From a virus, in the IMG/VR virus record IMGVR_UViG_3300018036_000004, positions 38,477 to 102,476 of that record: a stretch of 64,000 nt of DNA; one strand, 5' to 3'. This document shows positions 55,422-64,000 of the stretch, piece after piece; the stretch's first letter is position 1; each line of letters starts with the position of its first letter. Made by a program: the position numbers and the translations under genes. The notes beneath the pieces were generated by a model. The model did not search any database. It saw only the letters and a list, made by a program, of their open reading frames with translations, and had not been told where the DNA came from.

Positions 55422-56097
55422 GGTTCGTGCGATTAAAAAATTAGCCGCGGGTACAAGTATTCCATCGGTTTTTCCATCTATTACAAGACAATTAAACATT
55501 CCAGAAGGTGTACAGTTCCTTCCTGATGGTAGTGGTGAGTTTGAAATTATTACAGAAAACGGCGAACATATTTACGCTGTTTTAGGAGATAGTGGTTACG
55601 AAATTAGTGGAAAAGGTGCTAAGAAACCTTTTATTAAAGCAGACATTACTTTCGATGAAGAGGGTGAAGGTGTTACAAACGATCCTAAATCCATTGTGAG
55701 TGCTATTCAAACTATGTTAAACTGGTACGACAATGCTTTGTTAACCTCTATTAAAGACGACGAACTGGAAATGAGAAAACTTTTCTCTATGGCTTTTAAA
55801 GGTAGTAGAACCTTTGATTATGATAGTTGGTATAAAAAAGGTAAGATTTATATTATTACAGGTAAGTCTTACGGTATGCCACAGCAAGTTGTTGGTGGCG
55901 GCGGTATAGAGTTTCAGATCTATAGAGAGGGGGATAATAAGGCCAGTGTAAACGCTTTATACCCAGATAAAAGACGACATATGGGAACTTATATTGTTAA
56001 CAATGTCCAATGGACTGCTAATGGTGTTCCATTAATTGACCCACGAGAATTTAAAAAGATTTTCTCTAAGGTTAGCGCTAAAACTAAAAAATGGTAA
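55357..56097 (+). CDS. leader-A protein (probable start 55384)
   Basis: MSRKITAKELLREVRAIKKLAAG. Confidence 0.7.
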   Translation: MASNQKENKMSRKITAKELLREVRAIKKLAAGTSIPSVFPSITRQLNIPEGVQFLPDGSGEFEIITENGEHIYAVLGDSGYEISGKGAKKPFIKADITFDEEGEGVTNDPKSIVSAIQTMLNWYDNALLTSIKDDELEMRKLFSMAFKGSRTFDYDSWYKKGKIYIITGKSYGMPQQVVGGGGIEFQIYREGDNKASVNALYPDKRRHMGTYIVNNVQWTANGVPLIDPREFKKIFSKVSAKTKKW

Positions 56098-56125
56098 TAA
56101 CCTTACCCTCTTATAGGAATAAGTA

Positions 56126-56830
56126 ATGCCAGCACAAGGAATATGTCTAAGAGTAACACATACAGGGGCTGTAAAAGGACCTCTGTTAGTTACTGATATA
56201 CACGATGGTATAGATGCCAATGGTCGTGTTCAGGCTAATAAACCTGGTGCTGTGTATATTCCTTTTAATGGTGTTGTGGACTTAATCTATACTTCACAAG
56301 TAGCACACTCTTTTGAAGTAGGAGCTATTCGTGCTTGGATTAATACTGGATACTTAACGGCTGTGTTTGTATTTGGTACTAGTTTCCACAACACTATTAC
56401 TCAAACCTCTTCTATTATTGTACAAGATGAAGGGGTACCTGTAGAAACTGAAACCACCACACTTAACTTTATTGGTGGTAATGTTACAGCCACACCAGTA
56501 GGTGGTGGTGTTGTAGATGTAGTCGTTGTAGGTGGTGGCGCCAGTACTTATTGGAATGTACTTACTACACTTGTAGATAGGGTGGCTACCAACTCAGAGT
56601 TCATTCTTATTGATAGTGACCCAGTTACAATAACTTTACCTGTTCCTAATGTAAGTGATCACATTGCAGTAAAAGTGATAACACCCACCATTACAAATAT
56701 ACAAGTTAAGACTCATGGGGCGGGTGTTTTAATAGATGGTACTGATTACTCCGTTACAGGTCTTCCTTTAACCACACAATGGGAACAAGTTAACTTTATT
56801 AGTAATGGTACAAATTGGTTTATATGGTAG
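56126..56830 (+). CDS. putative virion/fibre-associated protein
   Basis: VQDEG...TLNFIG and TITLP...IDG...ISNGTNW motifs common in fibre proteins. Confidence 0.55.
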   Translation: MPAQGICLRVTHTGAVKGPLLVTDIHDGIDANGRVQANKPGAVYIPFNGVVDLIYTSQVAHSFEVGAIRAWINTGYLTAVFVFGTSFHNTITQTSSIIVQDEGVPVETETTTLNFIGGNVTATPVGGGVVDVVVVGGGASTYWNVLTTLVDRVATNSEFILIDSDPVTITLPVPNVSDHIAVKVITPTITNIQVKTHGAGVLIDGTDYSVTGLPLTTQWEQVNFISNGTNWFIW

Positions 56831-56836
56831 GTTTAT

Positions 56837-58444
56837 ATGTCTTACAGTCCACAAGTTAGAAATACAATAGATGAGGTGAATAGTAGTATTGTACCTTTAT
56901 TGGCCGGTCAAACTTTTACTGGAGGCTGGACAGATATAACACTATGGAATGGTATTAGTGTTTTCCTTGATGGTAAGTCCTTATCCACAGCACCTGGTAC
57001 ATTACAAATGCAATTCTCACAGGATTGTATTACTGTTAATGAAAGTATCCAAATTAACATACAAGATATAGACACTGCTAACTCTAGAACACTAGCGCCT
57101 ATATCTAGATACTTTCGAGTTGTATATACCAATGGTGGTGTTGATCAAACCGTATTTAACTTACAGACTATCTATCATACATCACAAGTAAGTTCTGTTT
57201 CTAGATTAAACCAAGACCTTGTAGGAAACGAAGATGTTATTAATGTTCGTTCTGTGTCTACTGGACAACAACCTGATGGCGACTTTGTAAACGCAAAAGC
57301 TGACGGTACTGCTTTTGTAAGTGTTGTACCATTAGGTGTTGGTGGTGTGTATGATAGTGGTTGGGTAGACACAGATGGTTTTGTATCTGTAGAGTTGTTT
57401 ATAGCCACTGATCAAGTATCTTCCTCACAAGGTATTCAAATCCTGTTTACGGATGATGTGCAAGGGGCTGCTACAGTAAGAGCCATTGAAACTTATACTT
57501 ATTCACAAGACGAAGTAGATAGAGGATTTCTATCTATTAACTTTGGAACTAGGTTAGATGGGTTTAGAGTTATCTATACTAATAACTCTGTAGCGCAAAC
57601 AAGTTTCTTTTTAGAGTGTGACTTAAGAACCAATACCATTCCGTTTAGAACTAGTAACATCGGTGCTATTGTAACAACAGATTTTCAAGTAGAAGTCGCT
57701 CTTGGTAATATACCTGGTTACAGTAATGGTACTAAGTTTGGCTCTATTAGATTGATTGACGCCGCAGACGCACAACCTTTAACTATATGGCGCTTGGCGG
57801 ATGATGGTAGAACACCTTTACGAGTGGCTAGAAAGACTTTTCAGACTGTTGCGAGTAACGCTTGGGTGGCTAGTAATAATGCTTTAGACGCTGGTAAACA
57901 GATTACAGTTGAACTTAATGATAGTAACAACAATTTTGTAACTCATACACTTACTTTAAATGGTGGGGATGGTAGAATACCAGTATCTACTGGTATTAGT
58001 GCTTTAGATTGTAATGTGGCTTTTCTAAGTGGTGATACCCAAACATTAAGTGGTGATGTGTATGTTACCAATGCTAATAACTTTACGAATGGTGTTCCTA
58101 ACTTAGGTAGTGCGGTTCTTGCTTTCATATCACAAGCAGATGGTAGAACACAACAATCTGTATACAGAGTACCTAGTGGGTATACAATGATTATTCGTAA
58201 TGTGTATTCTACTATTACAGCGGGTACCTCTAATGGTTCTGTGCAAGTCACATTAAGAATTAAACCTGATGGTGGTTCTTGGTATGTGGTAAGACCTTAT
58301 GCTATTACAACAGCCGTAGCTTTAGATAGGGAAGAAATAATTACTTTAAGTGAAAACAGTCTTGTAGAGTTTACTATATCTAGTGTGGGTGGTAATGATA
58401 CCAATACTTTAGCATTCTTTAATTATGAATTAATTGCTAACTAA
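56837..58444 (+). CDS. putative beta-rich virion structural protein
   Basis: Repeated YFRVVYTN / GFRVIYTN modules; YxVPSG motif. Confidence 0.55.
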   Translation: MSYSPQVRNTIDEVNSSIVPLLAGQTFTGGWTDITLWNGISVFLDGKSLSTAPGTLQMQFSQDCITVNESIQINIQDIDTANSRTLAPISRYFRVVYTNGGVDQTVFNLQTIYHTSQVSSVSRLNQDLVGNEDVINVRSVSTGQQPDGDFVNAKADGTAFVSVVPLGVGGVYDSGWVDTDGFVSVELFIATDQVSSSQGIQILFTDDVQGAATVRAIETYTYSQDEVDRGFLSINFGTRLDGFRVIYTNNSVAQTSFFLECDLRTNTIPFRTSNIGAIVTTDFQVEVALGNIPGYSNGTKFGSIRLIDAADAQPLTIWRLADDGRTPLRVARKTFQTVASNAWVASNNALDAGKQITVELNDSNNNFVTHTLTLNGGDGRIPVSTGISALDCNVAFLSGDTQTLSGDVYVTNANNFTNGVPNLGSAVLAFISQADGRTQQSVYRVPSGYTMIIRNVYSTITAGTSNGSVQVTLRIKPDGGSWYVVRPYAITTAVALDREEIITLSENSLVEFTISSVGGNDTNTLAFFNYELIAN

Positions 58445-58496
58445 TACTGTATAAAAGGTTTACAGTATGTAGTATATAAATATATACGGAGGGCAT

Positions 58497-58874
58497 ATGA
58501 AAGTAATTGGTATCAATGACATTAAAGGTATGGTGTTCAAACAAAAGTCTATTGAACAGTTAACAGAGGGTTTCGACTTAAACTTTTCTTTAGAGGAGCA
58601 ACAATACTTTAAGGATATGTTGTTTAGTTATATGGAAGCCGAACACAATATACAAGTAGAAAAGTCTATGGAAGACTTTGATGTTTACTTAGCGTTATCC
58701 TCACAAGATGCTTTATTAGGTCGTATTAGTTTTGCTGTGGAAAATAAGATGATACTTTTATTGGCTACAGGTGATAATAGTATTCATGACATAGAGAATA
58801 TGAAAGAACTGTTTATGGTAGTAAAGTCTTTTTATACAGTGTACAAACAGTTCAGTAAAGGTTTAATAGGATAA
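58497..58874 (+). CDS. hypothetical protein
   Basis: GGAGG RBS. Confidence 0.6.
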   Translation: MKVIGINDIKGMVFKQKSIEQLTEGFDLNFSLEEQQYFKDMLFSYMEAEHNIQVEKSMEDFDVYLALSSQDALLGRISFAVENKMILLLATGDNSIHDIENMKELFMVVKSFYTVYKQFSKGLIG

Positions 58875-58877
58875 ACT

Positions 58878-59285
58878 ATGGCTGACATTATAGACCTTAA
58901 AGAAAAGTTACAAAAGGACTTTTATACAGAAAGACTCTATAATGGTTTATCTTTAAAATTAAGTCCTGTAGAAGGTATGGAACTTAAGTATTTATTAAGA
59001 ACATACTTAGAAGAGGATTTTATATACGAGACTTCCTATGATGTAAATGAGGATGTTTTAACAGTACTTAAAAACAACAAGCCTGTAATACTTCTTACAT
59101 TCACAGAAGGAAGTCATGTTTATTTCACACCCCCTTTAGACTTCATGGGACAAGACACCGAAGTACAAAACTTGTGTATATGTTTAGTAGTGTGTGACCA
59201 GTTTATAGAAGTTTACTTAGAACTATATGGTCCTCAAGACAGTTCTACAGATGATGGTAATGTGTTAACTTTCCCAATTAAATAA
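58878..59285 (+). CDS. hypothetical protein
   Basis: AGGA RBS. Confidence 0.6.
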   Translation: MADIIDLKEKLQKDFYTERLYNGLSLKLSPVEGMELKYLLRTYLEEDFIYETSYDVNEDVLTVLKNNKPVILLTFTEGSHVYFTPPLDFMGQDTEVQNLCICLVVCDQFIEVYLELYGPQDSSTDDGNVLTFPIK

Positions 59286-59333
59286 CTTGTTTATACTAAT
59301 ACAATAGTTAACAAGTTATTACAGAGGATTGTT

Positions 59334-59900
59334 ATGGGACGAGGTATTGCAGGACAAAAGCCGTTTAAGATGTTGGTTGCAAATCTTAGACAAGGATCTG
59401 ATCCTTCTAAAGGTGAAAGTGGAAACCCACAGATCGTACGCAAAACATACACTACACAAAACTTTATTGAAGTTGCGGGTAAAGGTATACCTAAAGAAGG
59501 TAAGAGTGGTAAAACACCAGGTACGGGTGTTAGAATGGGACATATTGTACAAGGTAATGTTGCACCTACTTTTACGATTTCTGTAGATAATGCTGTTAGT
59601 GCTTTAAGTACAATGGAACCTACAGAACTTGTAATGGGTGATTATGTTATTGTAAGTCATGTAGACTTTGTAGTTGTTAATGGTGATGTAAATACAACGG
59701 CTACTAATTTGGCTACTACTATTGGTACAGACACACCTTTTTCTGCAGTGGCTGTAGGGGCTATTGTAACAGTGAGTTTACCTGTTGGATTAGAGTATAA
59801 TAGTATGTACACAAAAGTTACAGGACCTAACGCAGGTGATTACACGATGTCACAAGTTGTGGAAGGAGAACCTTATATTGGTCCTGCTATTATAGGATAA
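59334..59900 (+). CDS. putative virion protein
   Basis: Class-2 motif at 59281; DF...TATNLA...A...VTV pattern. Confidence 0.5.
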   Translation: MGRGIAGQKPFKMLVANLRQGSDPSKGESGNPQIVRKTYTTQNFIEVAGKGIPKEGKSGKTPGTGVRMGHIVQGNVAPTFTISVDNAVSALSTMEPTELVMGDYVIVSHVDFVVVNGDVNTTATNLATTIGTDTPFSAVAVGAIVTVSLPVGLEYNSMYTKVTGPNAGDYTMSQVVEGEPYIGPAIIG

Positions 59901-59905
59901 TAAGC

Positions 59906-60583
59906 ATGAAACAGACCAAAGAAGAAAAACAACATATACTAGATAACTTACCTGAAGGTACGAGAAGGATACAAGTTGTTTCTCCTAATGGTAAACAACA
60001 GTATAAAAGACCGGACGAAGTGGATATAGACACAGATGAGATTTCTATAGCACCCACCGGAGCCCCTATTGTAATGAGGGGAAAACCTGGTCGTAAACCA
60101 AAAGTGGTTCGTAATGCTGTAACACCTCAAATCGCCCAAACTTGTCAAGCAAGAGACGAGCATGTTTCTGCTAATGAGTTGTCTAATACAATAAAAGAGG
60201 ACTCTAACTCTGATCGTGTAATAGAAAACATTCTATTAGAAATGGCTCAGGACGCGGCTACCATAGACTTTGAGAAAGACGAGGCTAGTAGAACGGGAGG
60301 TGATGTTAGTGGTTTACTAACAAAGAAAGCCCGTATCTTAAAAGGTATGTCTGATATATGGCTTCGTAAAAAGTCTTTAGATGAAGGTGGTATTATAGAC
60401 TTAGAGTCTGGTACTTTCGAAGCAGTGTTTGGTTTAATACTAGAAACTTTTAAGGAAACATTGTTAGAATCTGGTGTTCACGATGAACACATAGAAACTA
60501 TTTTCGCTAAGTTAGTAAGTAGTTTAGACGATCAGTGGAAGGAAGAAGCCAAAAGAAGAATGCGTCAAGAAAGAGGTAACTAA
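59906..60583 (+). CDS. putative terminase small subunit
   Basis: Helical protein coupled (TAATG) directly upstream of terL; positional inference only. Confidence 0.4.
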   Translation: MKQTKEEKQHILDNLPEGTRRIQVVSPNGKQQYKRPDEVDIDTDEISIAPTGAPIVMRGKPGRKPKVVRNAVTPQIAQTCQARDEHVSANELSNTIKEDSNSDRVIENILLEMAQDAATIDFEKDEASRTGGDVSGLLTKKARILKGMSDIWLRKKSLDEGGIIDLESGTFEAVFGLILETFKETLLESGVHDEHIETIFAKLVSSLDDQWKEEAKRRMRQERGN

Positions 60584-62478
60584 TGGGTTTAGGAGATTTA
60601 GCTGCCACTATTGGTAGAAGTAAGTCAACAGATAAAAGAGATCCTGTAGACATTATTACTTTTATTGAGGCTCCTTGGGGTTTAGGTTTAAAGTTGTTTC
60701 CAGTACAACGAGTTATACTTAAAACACATTATGGTATGACCTTAGACGACAACGAACTAGATTATCCTTTAGATGTACCTGTACCCGAAGATCATGAAAA
60801 CTATGACCCTGAGTTGATGGATAGGGATGGTTATTACAAGTATAGATTAGTTATTACGGACTTTAGAAGAGAGAATGTTCAGTACTTCACAGAGGCCGGT
60901 TACTTAAAGTACTTACATAGTGAAGGTAGATGTAATACAGATAAAGTAATACCAGGTGTACAAAGACGAGAAATGGTTTTAAGTGTGGGTCGTCGTTCTG
61001 GAAAAACACTTATTACATCTTGTATTGTGGCGTACGAAACTTATAAATTATTATTACTTGGTAATCCACAGAAACATTATGGGTCTTCACAGTCGAATGT
61101 TATACAGTTAATTTCCGTTGCGACAGATCAGGCACAGGCCTCTTTATTGTATAGGGAGGCTAGTGGACACTTCCAAAAGTGTGATTACTTTAAACCTTAT
61201 ACTGCGAATGCTACACAAAGTTACGCAACTTTTCAAACACCTTTTGATATAGAAACTTATGGTAGTTATTCTAAGAATCCAAAAGCCCGTTATTCAGTTA
61301 ATGTTACTTTTAGGTCTTGTGTGGCAAAAGGGCTTCGCGGGGGCGCTAACATTATGGTTGCACTGGACGAGGTTGCTCACTTTGGTGAACAAGGACAAGC
61401 CTCTGCAGATGAAGTGTATCAGGCTGTAGAACCTTCTACTAGAACCTTTTCTCCTAAGGACCCCTTAGACACTACAAAACCTGTTGGCGAGAACGAAGGT
61501 CGTATTGTTATGATTTCTTCTCCGTTAGGTAAACAAGGTTTGTTCTATAAACAGTTTGAGTTAGGTTTTGGTAATAACAAAGCGGCGGATAATCTTCTTT
61601 GTATACAAGCACCTACTTGGGAAGTAAACCCAACAGTACCCGCGGAAACCTTTGTGGCTTCTTACTTAAAAGATCCTAATGTTTTCTATACGGAATTTGG
61701 GGCTGTGTTTTCGGATAGAACTCGTGGGTGGATTCAAGACGCTAAAGACTTATTAGATTGTATAGATCCCGCTTTAAGAAAAAGAACATCTGGTTTACCG
61801 AAAGCACCTTACTTTATGGGGATAGACATCGCACTTGTAGGTGACTGGTGTGCTGTAGCAATTGGACATAACGATCAAAATGGTAATGTTGTTGTAGATT
61901 GTATGGAGCGTATTAAAGCCGGTGAGGGTAAGTACCAAGACTTAGAAAGATTAGACTTTGATGAGGTAGCGGATTGGATTACTAGTTTCACTAGTAGATT
62001 TTATATTAGAGAAGGTGTGTTTGACCAGTGGGTCGGTATACCAATGGAACAGGCTTTACAAAAAAGAGGCTTACCTCAGTTAAAGTCTTTACATCACACA
62101 AAACAGTTAACATCCCAGATGTTCCATAACTTAAAAAACTTAATGTTTGATAGTAAGTTAAAAATATATGATGAACCTACAGAAGAAGGACATGCCGATT
62201 ACATTCAAGAGTTGTTAGAGTTACAGGCCACACAGGTTAGTAAATATGTAATAGAAGTAGAAGCCCCACAGACAGAAGGTAAGCACGATGACTACTCGGA
62301 CGCCTTAGTTAGAATGTGTTGGTTGGCTACAAAGGATTCAAATAAAAAGGTTATCTTATCTGGTACTCGTGGAAATATATACTCAAGTGGTAATTCCAGA
62401 TTTGGAAGGTCTACTACAAAAACTCGTAGTGGGTCTCATGAGTCCAGACAATTACCTAGAAATAATAGGAGAAAATAA
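60583..62478 (+). CDS. terL: terminase large subunit
   Basis: LFPVQ, Walker A GRRSGKT, LDEVAHF, ISSP, FMGID, FDQW, HDDYSDA. Confidence 0.9.
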   Translation: MGLGDLAATIGRSKSTDKRDPVDIITFIEAPWGLGLKLFPVQRVILKTHYGMTLDDNELDYPLDVPVPEDHENYDPELMDRDGYYKYRLVITDFRRENVQYFTEAGYLKYLHSEGRCNTDKVIPGVQRREMVLSVGRRSGKTLITSCIVAYETYKLLLLGNPQKHYGSSQSNVIQLISVATDQAQASLLYREASGHFQKCDYFKPYTANATQSYATFQTPFDIETYGSYSKNPKARYSVNVTFRSCVAKGLRGGANIMVALDEVAHFGEQGQASADEVYQAVEPSTRTFSPKDPLDTTKPVGENEGRIVMISSPLGKQGLFYKQFELGFGNNKAADNLLCIQAPTWEVNPTVPAETFVASYLKDPNVFYTEFGAVFSDRTRGWIQDAKDLLDCIDPALRKRTSGLPKAPYFMGIDIALVGDWCAVAIGHNDQNGNVVVDCMERIKAGEGKYQDLERLDFDEVADWITSFTSRFYIREGVFDQWVGIPMEQALQKRGLPQLKSLHHTKQLTSQMFHNLKNLMFDSKLKIYDEPTEEGHADYIQELLELQATQVSKYVIEVEAPQTEGKHDDYSDALVRMCWLATKDSNKKVILSGTRGNIYSSGNSRFGRSTTKTRSGSHESRQLPRNNRRK

Positions 62479-62480
62479 AA

Positions 62481-63053
62481 ATGGCAACCTTAGTTAATTC
62501 AAGTGTCGTAGATAGTGGTGATGTGGAGTTACAGTTCCCTGGTGATAGGTTTCCAGTTACAGTAGGACCTACTTTAAGAGCCCGTGGTTGGAGAGGTGGT
62601 TTGTTTGTACAATATGTACAAACAACACAAGAGTATACAGTAGAAGTTAGTGATGGTTCTAATGTGTGTGGATTTCTGTTATTCCAATCAGAAAACTACA
62701 CTCCAATGACACCTGGTGGTATTAGTACAGGGTCTCCAGAAAACTTTATTGGTAAACAGTTTCGGGCTCCTGTAGGTGGTAACAATGTTGCTACAATGAT
62801 AAATGGTGGTACAAGGGCTATGTTTAAGTTCTTTGAAACCACAGCCTTGACAGGTGGGGGAACTCGTACAGGAGGGGTTATTACTTATAACTTAAATGAG
62901 GCTTTACGAGTTTCTGAAAATGGTTTATTATGTAATGACTCAGAAGCGAATCTAATAGCTGCAGGTGTAGTTAATCCTACACAAGTAGGATTATGTAGTA
63001 GTGTTCCAAAAGAAAGTAACTTTAATCGTTTAGGTATAGACCTGAAGTACTAA
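62481..63053 (+). CDS. putative capsid-associated structural protein
   Basis: Between terL and portal; YNLNExLRVSENGLL motif. Confidence 0.45.
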   Translation: MATLVNSSVVDSGDVELQFPGDRFPVTVGPTLRARGWRGGLFVQYVQTTQEYTVEVSDGSNVCGFLLFQSENYTPMTPGGISTGSPENFIGKQFRAPVGGNNVATMINGGTRAMFKFFETTALTGGGTRTGGVITYNLNEALRVSENGLLCNDSEANLIAAGVVNPTQVGLCSSVPKESNFNRLGIDLKY

Positions 63054-63307
63054 TGAGAAATATACAAGGCACATATGATGAACATTTAAAAAGGGCTACT
63101 AGGGAAATAGAGTCGGCTTTAAGACTTGTAAGTGGTAGTTCTTTAAGTATTCAGGATCGTAAAAAAGTTTTACGAAAACTAGATCCTGTTTTAATGTTAA
63201 TAAAACAAAGTAGTCGTGTAAAATTAGTAAACGAAGAACAAGAACAAGATGTAAAGAAGACAAGGGGTAATAAAGATGGCAACAAACGAGGACGGAACGC
63301 CAATTAA
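63053..63307 (+). CDS. hypothetical protein
   Basis: TAATG coupling. Confidence 0.55.
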   Translation: MRNIQGTYDEHLKRATREIESALRLVSGSSLSIQDRKKVLRKLDPVLMLIKQSSRVKLVNEEQEQDVKKTRGNKDGNKRGRNAN

Positions 63308-64000
63308 AAAGATCCCTTCGGGTGATGGTAAACACAAGGCTAGTACTGGTAAACCTAGAAGAATTGTAACCTCCTCTATGAAATCCAGAACAGCCTCTTA
63401 TGCTGGTGCTAATACTATTAACGGTATGGGTCAGAACTTCTACTCACCTGAGTTGTCTACAGATTTCTTAGAGTTACCACAAAGTTTACATGAACAGTGG
63501 AAGTTCTACAGATTCTTTTACAAGTCCGAACCTTTTGTTGGTCAGGCCATAGACTTACATACTGAGTTACCTTTATCTAAAATTAGAATTGGTAAGCCTA
63601 GGTGTAAAAACCAAGACTTAGGGGATCAGGCTACAAAGTTTTGTGAGAAGTGGGCTAATAACATTGGACTACTACATAGACTTATTGCTATTGTACATGA
63701 CCGAAATCTTATCGGTGAAGTGTTTATCTGGTGTGAAGACGCTAATCCAGAAATGCCTAGAGACATTAGGGAAGAACTTGTAAGAGTTGTTAAACCTGAC
63801 GGTACAGTGACAGAGGATTATACATTAAGACCAGACGCAGATGAAAGAGCCGCCAATTGGGTTCGTAAAAACTATAAAGGGTGGACCTCTGTAAGGGTTT
63901 TACCTCCAGAACAAATTCAGATGGAAACTTTTAACTTTACAGACGAGAGAATTGTGGAGTTAATACCAGATGGTAAAACTAAGTCTATAATAGACAAAGC
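63276..64000 (+). CDS. portal protein, 3'-truncated (missing from the ORF track)
   Basis: Manual translation: MATNEDGTP...KSRTAS...NFYSPELSTDFLELPQS...RFFYKSEPFVGQAIDLHTELPLSK; runs off the window edge downstream of terL. Confidence 0.7.
   Translation, partial: MATNEDGTPIKKIPSGDGKHKASTGKPRRIVTSSMKSRTASYAGANTINGMGQNFYSPELSTDFLELPQSLHEQWKFYRFFYKSEPFVGQAIDLHTELPLSKIRIGKPRCKNQDLGDQATKFCEKWANNIGLLHRLIAIVHDRNLIGEVFIWCEDANPEMPRDIREELVRVVKPDGTVTEDYTLRPDADERAANWVRKNYKGWTSVRVLPPEQIQMETFNFTDERIVELIPDGKTKSIIDK

Noticed and set aside
58447-58479. Additional class-1 promoter
   Set aside because: The GTATATAA box is present but the upstream box (CTGTATAA) does not fit the CCT consensus.
60583-62478. Intein or intron in terL (also checked recA, nrdJ and the helicase)
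   Set aside because: No C...HN-(C/S/T) intein pattern, homing endonuclease motif or interruption was seen; lengths are normal.
1-64000. Genome-wide stop-codon reassignment (TGA or TAG)
   Set aside because: Conserved genes are full length under code 11, coding density is high, and TGA is used in ATGA overlaps (17315, 19034, 39662, 45251).

Overview
This window is a 64-kb segment of an AT-rich, large (jumbo-type) tailed phage genome, most likely a myovirus. The standard genetic code fits. I saw no rRNA, tRNA or CRISPR array, and the host cannot be read from the sequence. Genes run mainly on the minus strand from about 3 to 36 kb and mainly on the plus strand from about 36 to 64 kb. Virion and lysis genes include a 1716-aa tail sheath, an endolysin, terminase large subunit and a 3'-truncated portal gene that the ORF track missed. 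Replication and recombination genes form a bacterial-type set: Pol III beta, gamma/tau, delta and delta', primase, SSB, RecA, RuvC, RecD2, SbcD, a split SbcC, a Cas4-like nuclease and a class II RNR. Transcription genes are a NusG-like factor and three sigma-like proteins. The most striking unexplained structure is a dispersed set of about 15 ORFan genes. They share one of two short N-terminal leaders and/or (K/R)-x-A motifs. Many follow a shared, putatively late promoter motif, and several are bounded by near-identical DNA repeats that include promoter, hairpin, RBS or leader. I infer a modular cassette system that loads protease-processed cargo into the head and swaps cargo domains by recombination. 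Other notable items are two non-canonical promoter consensuses, an in-frame UGA followed by a SECIS-like hairpin in a Dps-domain gene, a perfect 30-bp palindrome near the strand switch, and two apparent pseudoenzymes. All protein calls come from motif recognition by eye; no database searches were run.
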